A DNA stretch of 54,257 bases from Phycisphaeraceae bacterium (GTDB lineage: Bacteria > Planctomycetota > Phycisphaerae > Phycisphaerales > Zrk34), in the NCBI GenBank assembly GCA_040905565.1, contig JBBDRF010000016.1, positions 1-54,257 on the forward strand, given 5' to 3'. Shown here piece by piece: positions 51,045-54,257 of the stretch. The notes under the pieces are model-generated. The model did not search any database. It had not been told where the DNA came from and worked only from the letters and a program-made list of their open reading frames with translations. The translations under genes and the position numbers were made by a program. Every line of letters begins with the position of its first letter. Position 1 is the first letter of the stretch.

Positions 51045-52217
51045 TTAGTCTGTCGGCACGGAAGCCTGCGGATCTTCAGGGAGGCCGATCGGCTGTTCGG
51101 CCAGGATCGATCCGGTCGAAGGCTTGAGTGCCCAGATGTTTTCGTGTCCCGCTCGGTTGGAGATAAAGTAGAGGGTGCCGTCGGAGGCCCACGCCGGTTG
51201 CAGATTGGCGTGCATGTCCTGGGTGAGGCGGACGCGGTTGTTGCCGTCGAGATCGATCATCCACAGCTCGGCTTCACGGGGGCGGGCGGTGACATCGTGC
51301 GAGGAGGGGTCGACGACGGTGGCGAAGGCGAGGCGTTTGCCGTCGGGGCTCCACGCGGGGGTGATGACCGCTGCGTTACCAGCGGCGGCGATCTCGGTGG
51401 GGCGGGTCGCTTCGCCGTCTGCATAGTCGACGGTCCAGACGCTGAAGGTGCGCGAGCCGCGCTGCCGAGCACGCTGGAAGGCGATCTTCTTGCCGTCGGG
51501 GCTGAACTTGGGGAACAGCCCGAAGCCGATGAACCGACGCTTAGAGGGGTTCTCCACGTCCACGACCACCATCTCCCACTGCCCCGAGCGGTTGGAGAGG
51601 GCGCTGAAGACGATTTGTTTCGCGTCGGGCGAGAAGCTGGGGTGCAGCTCCTGGCTGGGGTCGTCGGTGATCTGAATCGCTTTGCCGCCTTCGATCGGCT
51701 GAAGGAAGATGTTCCACGTGCCGGAGCGGTCGGAGGCGAAGGCGATGTACTTGCCGTCGGGACTGAAGGTCGGCATCACGTCGTTGCCGGCTTCGTTGGT
51801 CAGCTGGGTGACGGTGGAACCGTCGACACTACGAAGGTAGAGGTTGGCCGTGGTGCTGTGCCGGGTGGAAGCGAAGCAGAGGCGTTCGCTTTTGGGATCA
51901 ACCGCGACGTCGAAGTCGGCCCCCTCACGGGAAGCGGTCACCTGCCTGAGGTTTTCGGAAGTGCTGACCGGCGCCAGCCCTCCCTCACGTCGCACGAGTT
52001 CGCCGTAGAGACTGACCGCGCCGGCAAAGCGTGCGGGCATGGGTGTCTGCTGCGAGGCGAACCGTGGCGGCTGCTTCGGCTGGCTGGTCTTCTCGGTCTT
52101 TTCTGCGGTGCGCAATGGCGTCGTCGTCTGACGGTGCTGGTTGGCGCAACCTGTGGCCAAGCCGATCACTGCGGTGAACACCACCGTGTGCGTTAAAATC
52201 TGCCGGGCAAAGCTCAT
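51045..52217 (-). CDS. TolB-like PD40 beta-propeller lipoprotein
   Basis: ATGC lipobox; repeats PTFSPDGKYIAFASDRSG, PSFSPDAK, PKFSPDGKKIAF, PAWSPDGKRLAF, PAWASDG. Confidence 0.9.
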   Translation of the reverse strand: MSFARQILTHTVVFTAVIGLATGCANQHRQTTTPLRTAEKTEKTSQPKQPPRFASQQTPMPARFAGAVSLYGELVRREGGLAPVSTSENLRQVTASREGADFDVAVDPKSERLCFASTRHSTTANLYLRSVDGSTVTQLTNEAGNDVMPTFSPDGKYIAFASDRSGTWNIFLQPIEGGKAIQITDDPSQELHPSFSPDAKQIVFSALSNRSGQWEMVVVDVENPSKRRFIGFGLFPKFSPDGKKIAFQRARQRGSRTFSVWTVDYADGEATRPTEIAAAGNAAVITPAWSPDGKRLAFATVVDPSSHDVTARPREAELWMIDLDGNNRVRLTQDMHANLQPAWASDGTLYFISNRAGHENIWALKPSTGSILAEQPIGLPEDPQASVPTD

Positions 52218-52400
52218 CAATCGCTCCGTCGGAAAAAACCTCTGTCCGATCAGATTGTCGGCTACATCGGCGGTCTACATTTGTAAAATTCCGCTTTCAG
52301 GTTACACCCGCTTTATCGGACCACTCGCAAGGCGACCTTGAGTGAATTGTGAGCAGAGGGTTGCTGTTTATCGGCCGGGCGCGCAAAGGCTTGTTGCACA

Positions 52401-52426
52401 ACCGCTCCGTTACGGTCGCGACTCGT
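52401..52426 (-). repeat. family D copy overlapping the HAD gene stop
   Basis: 23/26 identical to 37975-38000. Confidence 0.7.
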
Positions 52427-53027
52427 ATTGTGCTTCCTGGTAAGCCTGGCTGTTGGCGATCATGTCACGAATGTCGACCGCTTCCATGCCCGCTCGGCGG
52501 GCCGATTCCAAGCCCATGTCGGTATCCTCGAAGGCGCAGCAGCGGGTGGGGTCCACACTTAGCCTGCGGGCTGCTTCAAGGTAGACGTCGGGCTCGGGCT
52601 TGTGGCGGTCGGTATCCTCAGCCCCGACGAGGGCCTGGAACCAGTCGAGCACGTTGATCTGCGTCAGCACCGCCCGCGCTGCCCAACCGGCGCTGCCCGT
52701 CGCTACGGCCATCGGCATGCGTTCACGGTACTGCCGGGCGATGGCCACGACGGGCGCGATGGGTTGAATCGTTGCCAGGGCCGACTGATGGAAGGCCTGC
52801 TCCTTCTCCATCGCCACGGCCGCGGCATCCAGCGTGAGGCCTGCTTCTTCGGCTAGCATTTCGATGATCTTGACGGTCGGCACGCCGCCGAGTTGATAGA
52901 AGCGGGCCTCGGTGAACGTGATGCCGTAGCGCTGCATCGTCGTCTGCCAGGAGATGTAATGGCCGGGCATGGTGTCGGCAAGCGTGCCGTCACAATCGAA
53001 GATCAACGCATCGAATCGCGTATCCAT
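52410..53027 (-). CDS. HAD-family phosphatase (beta-PGM/YqaB-like)
   Basis: IFDCDGTLADTM, VATGS, KPEPD, FEDTDMG; AAGGA RBS. Confidence 0.93.
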   Translation of the reverse strand: MDTRFDALIFDCDGTLADTMPGHYISWQTTMQRYGITFTEARFYQLGGVPTVKIIEMLAEEAGLTLDAAAVAMEKEQAFHQSALATIQPIAPVVAIARQYRERMPMAVATGSAGWAARAVLTQINVLDWFQALVGAEDTDRHKPEPDVYLEAARRLSVDPTRCCAFEDTDMGLESARRAGMEAVDIRDMIANSQAYQEAQYESRP

Positions 53028-53321
53028 GCAGGTTCCTTTTTGGTGGTGTGCGGTGGCGGGCGGTGGGGTGGTCGCCTGGGATCGTCGCCGCCTTGCGGAG
53101 GGACATCGTAGCAGACGCAATCGCGCGCGGCACGCAGCGGCAACGCTGACGGGCCTCCTGATCGCATTGGTGATTCGGGCACTAGCATTCCCGTCGATCG
53201 GTGCGACGCCGGTGGGGTTCGTTCAGTGATGGCCTGATGGAAGGGGGCCGGGGGTGGCTCTAGGAATATGGTTGTGTGGGGATGTAACCGCACCGCGGTA
53301 GGACAAAAAGGAGAGCGTGCG

Positions 53322-53585
53322 ATGGAAAATGTGAGAGAAAACATTCGTGAGATGGCAAGCAGGACCGGCAAAGAAGAAGGCGGTTATGCCAGGCCGATCG
53401 AGGAGTACACCTCGAAGCTGCCTTCGGACACGTTTCTATGGGCCGCTGGCGCTTCGATCCTCGGGTCGCTGGCGCTTCGGTCGATGGGACGCCCCGATGA
53501 CGCGCAGTTCGTGGGCCAGTGGGCGCCGACGTTCCTGATTCTTGGGCTCTACAACAAGATCGTGAAGGTACTCGGCAGCGACTGA
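53322..53585 (+). CDS. small hypothetical membrane-associated protein
   Basis: AAGGAG RBS; IEEYTSKLPSDTFLWAA...FVGQWAPTFLILGLYNKIVK; followed by a terminator. Confidence 0.8.
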   Translation: MENVRENIREMASRTGKEEGGYARPIEEYTSKLPSDTFLWAAGASILGSLALRSMGRPDDAQFVGQWAPTFLILGLYNKIVKVLGSD

Positions 53586-53617
53586 GCACCTGCCTTGGGA
53601 TCAAGGTGAACACCACG

Positions 53618-53651
53618 CCCCCCGTCGGGCCAGCGCCTGCGGGGGGTTTTT
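53618..53651 (+). terminator. intrinsic terminator
   Basis: CCCCCG...CGGGGGG followed by TTTTT after the small ORF. Confidence 0.6.
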
Positions 53652-53805
53652 GCTGCGCCGAGGGGGTCGTGGCGTCACGCGGTGTGCTTGGATTCCGGGG
53701 GGGGTTGGCATGCGTGGCCATGAACGCTATGCTTACGCTCTTCGCAGGGCCGCGCCAGTTGCGGCCGCCCTATCAAGCTATCAAGTCAGCTCAAGAGGAT
53801 AGGCC

Positions 53806-54257
53806 ATGGCCACGGCAGGAAAGATTTCGCAGGTAATCGGGTCAACCTTCGACGCAACCTTCCCCGAAGGAAAGTTGCCGGAGATTTACAACGCGCTGGA
53901 AGTTCACTTCAAGCTCGAAGGCGAACAGCAACGCCTCGTCGGCGAGGTGCAGCAGCATCTCGGCGGCAGCCGCGTCCGCGCCGTGGCGCTCGGCTCGACC
54001 GATGGGCTCACACGCGGCATGGAAGTCATCGACACCGGGGCACCTGTCTCCGTGCCGGTCGGCGAACCCGTGCTCGGCCGTGTGTTCAACCTGCTGGGCG
54101 ACCCGATCGACGGCCGTGAGCCAGTGGTGGCAGACCGCATGCCGATCCACCGCGATCCGCCCAAGTTCGTCAACCTCAACCCGCAGACCGAGATGCTCGA
54201 AACCGGCATCAAGGTCGTCGACCTGCTCTGCCCGTTCGTCCGCGGCGGCAAGATCGG
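53806..54257 (+). CDS. atpD: F0F1 ATP synthase subunit beta (5' part, runs off the window)
   Basis: Manual translation MATAGKISQVIGSTFDATF...LPEIYNAL...EVQQHLG...STDGLTRG...LETGIKVVDLL..GGKI; GAGGA RBS. Confidence 0.97.
   Translation, partial: MATAGKISQVIGSTFDATFPEGKLPEIYNALEVHFKLEGEQQRLVGEVQQHLGGSRVRAVALGSTDGLTRGMEVIDTGAPVSVPVGEPVLGRVFNLLGDPIDGREPVVADRMPIHRDPPKFVNLNPQTEMLETGIKVVDLLCPFVRGGKI

Noticed and set aside
53700..54257. atpD without upstream atpA/atpG, and TCAAG repeats upstream of it
   Set aside because: Split atp operons are known in several phyla, and the three 5-mers are too short to support a claim.

Overview
This is a high-GC bacterial chromosomal segment. Gene content suggests Planctomycetota, probably Phycisphaerae; this is an inference from the long PilM fusion operon, the redoxin-cytochrome c-monooxygenase fusion, the DUF1080 lipoprotein and the stand-alone atpD. 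Most genes are housekeeping or metabolic: argS, aspS, rplM-rpsI, tRNA-Ala(CGC), glgP, ppc, mrp/apbC, msrBA, trpG/pabA, xerC and partial atpD. Type IV pilus genes are scattered (pilM operon, two pilT paralogues, comEA), and there are many hypothetical ORFs. No transposase, phage, CRISPR array or rRNA was seen. The most notable structure is non-coding. (1) At least eight short palindromic REP-like repeat families fill the intergenic spaces. Two of them bracket accessory genes as direct repeats: a lower-GC three-gene cassette at 11.1-12.7 kb and a metal-efflux gene directly downstream of xerC. One REP doublet is flanked by a 12-bp duplication, and some copies supply stop codons. (2) Strand skew flips sharply from C-rich to G-rich at about 14.52 kb, inside a gene, and synonymous codon choice flips with it. 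Protein-level leads are a Rok/H-NS-like nucleoid protein candidate, a TolB-propeller / CsgG-like lipoprotein / small protein / xerC cluster, GGYPG low-complexity tracts in the Pil alignment proteins, and a REC-ANTAR regulator heading a pilT-pilT-lipid kinase run. All family calls come from motif recognition by eye; no database searches were run.
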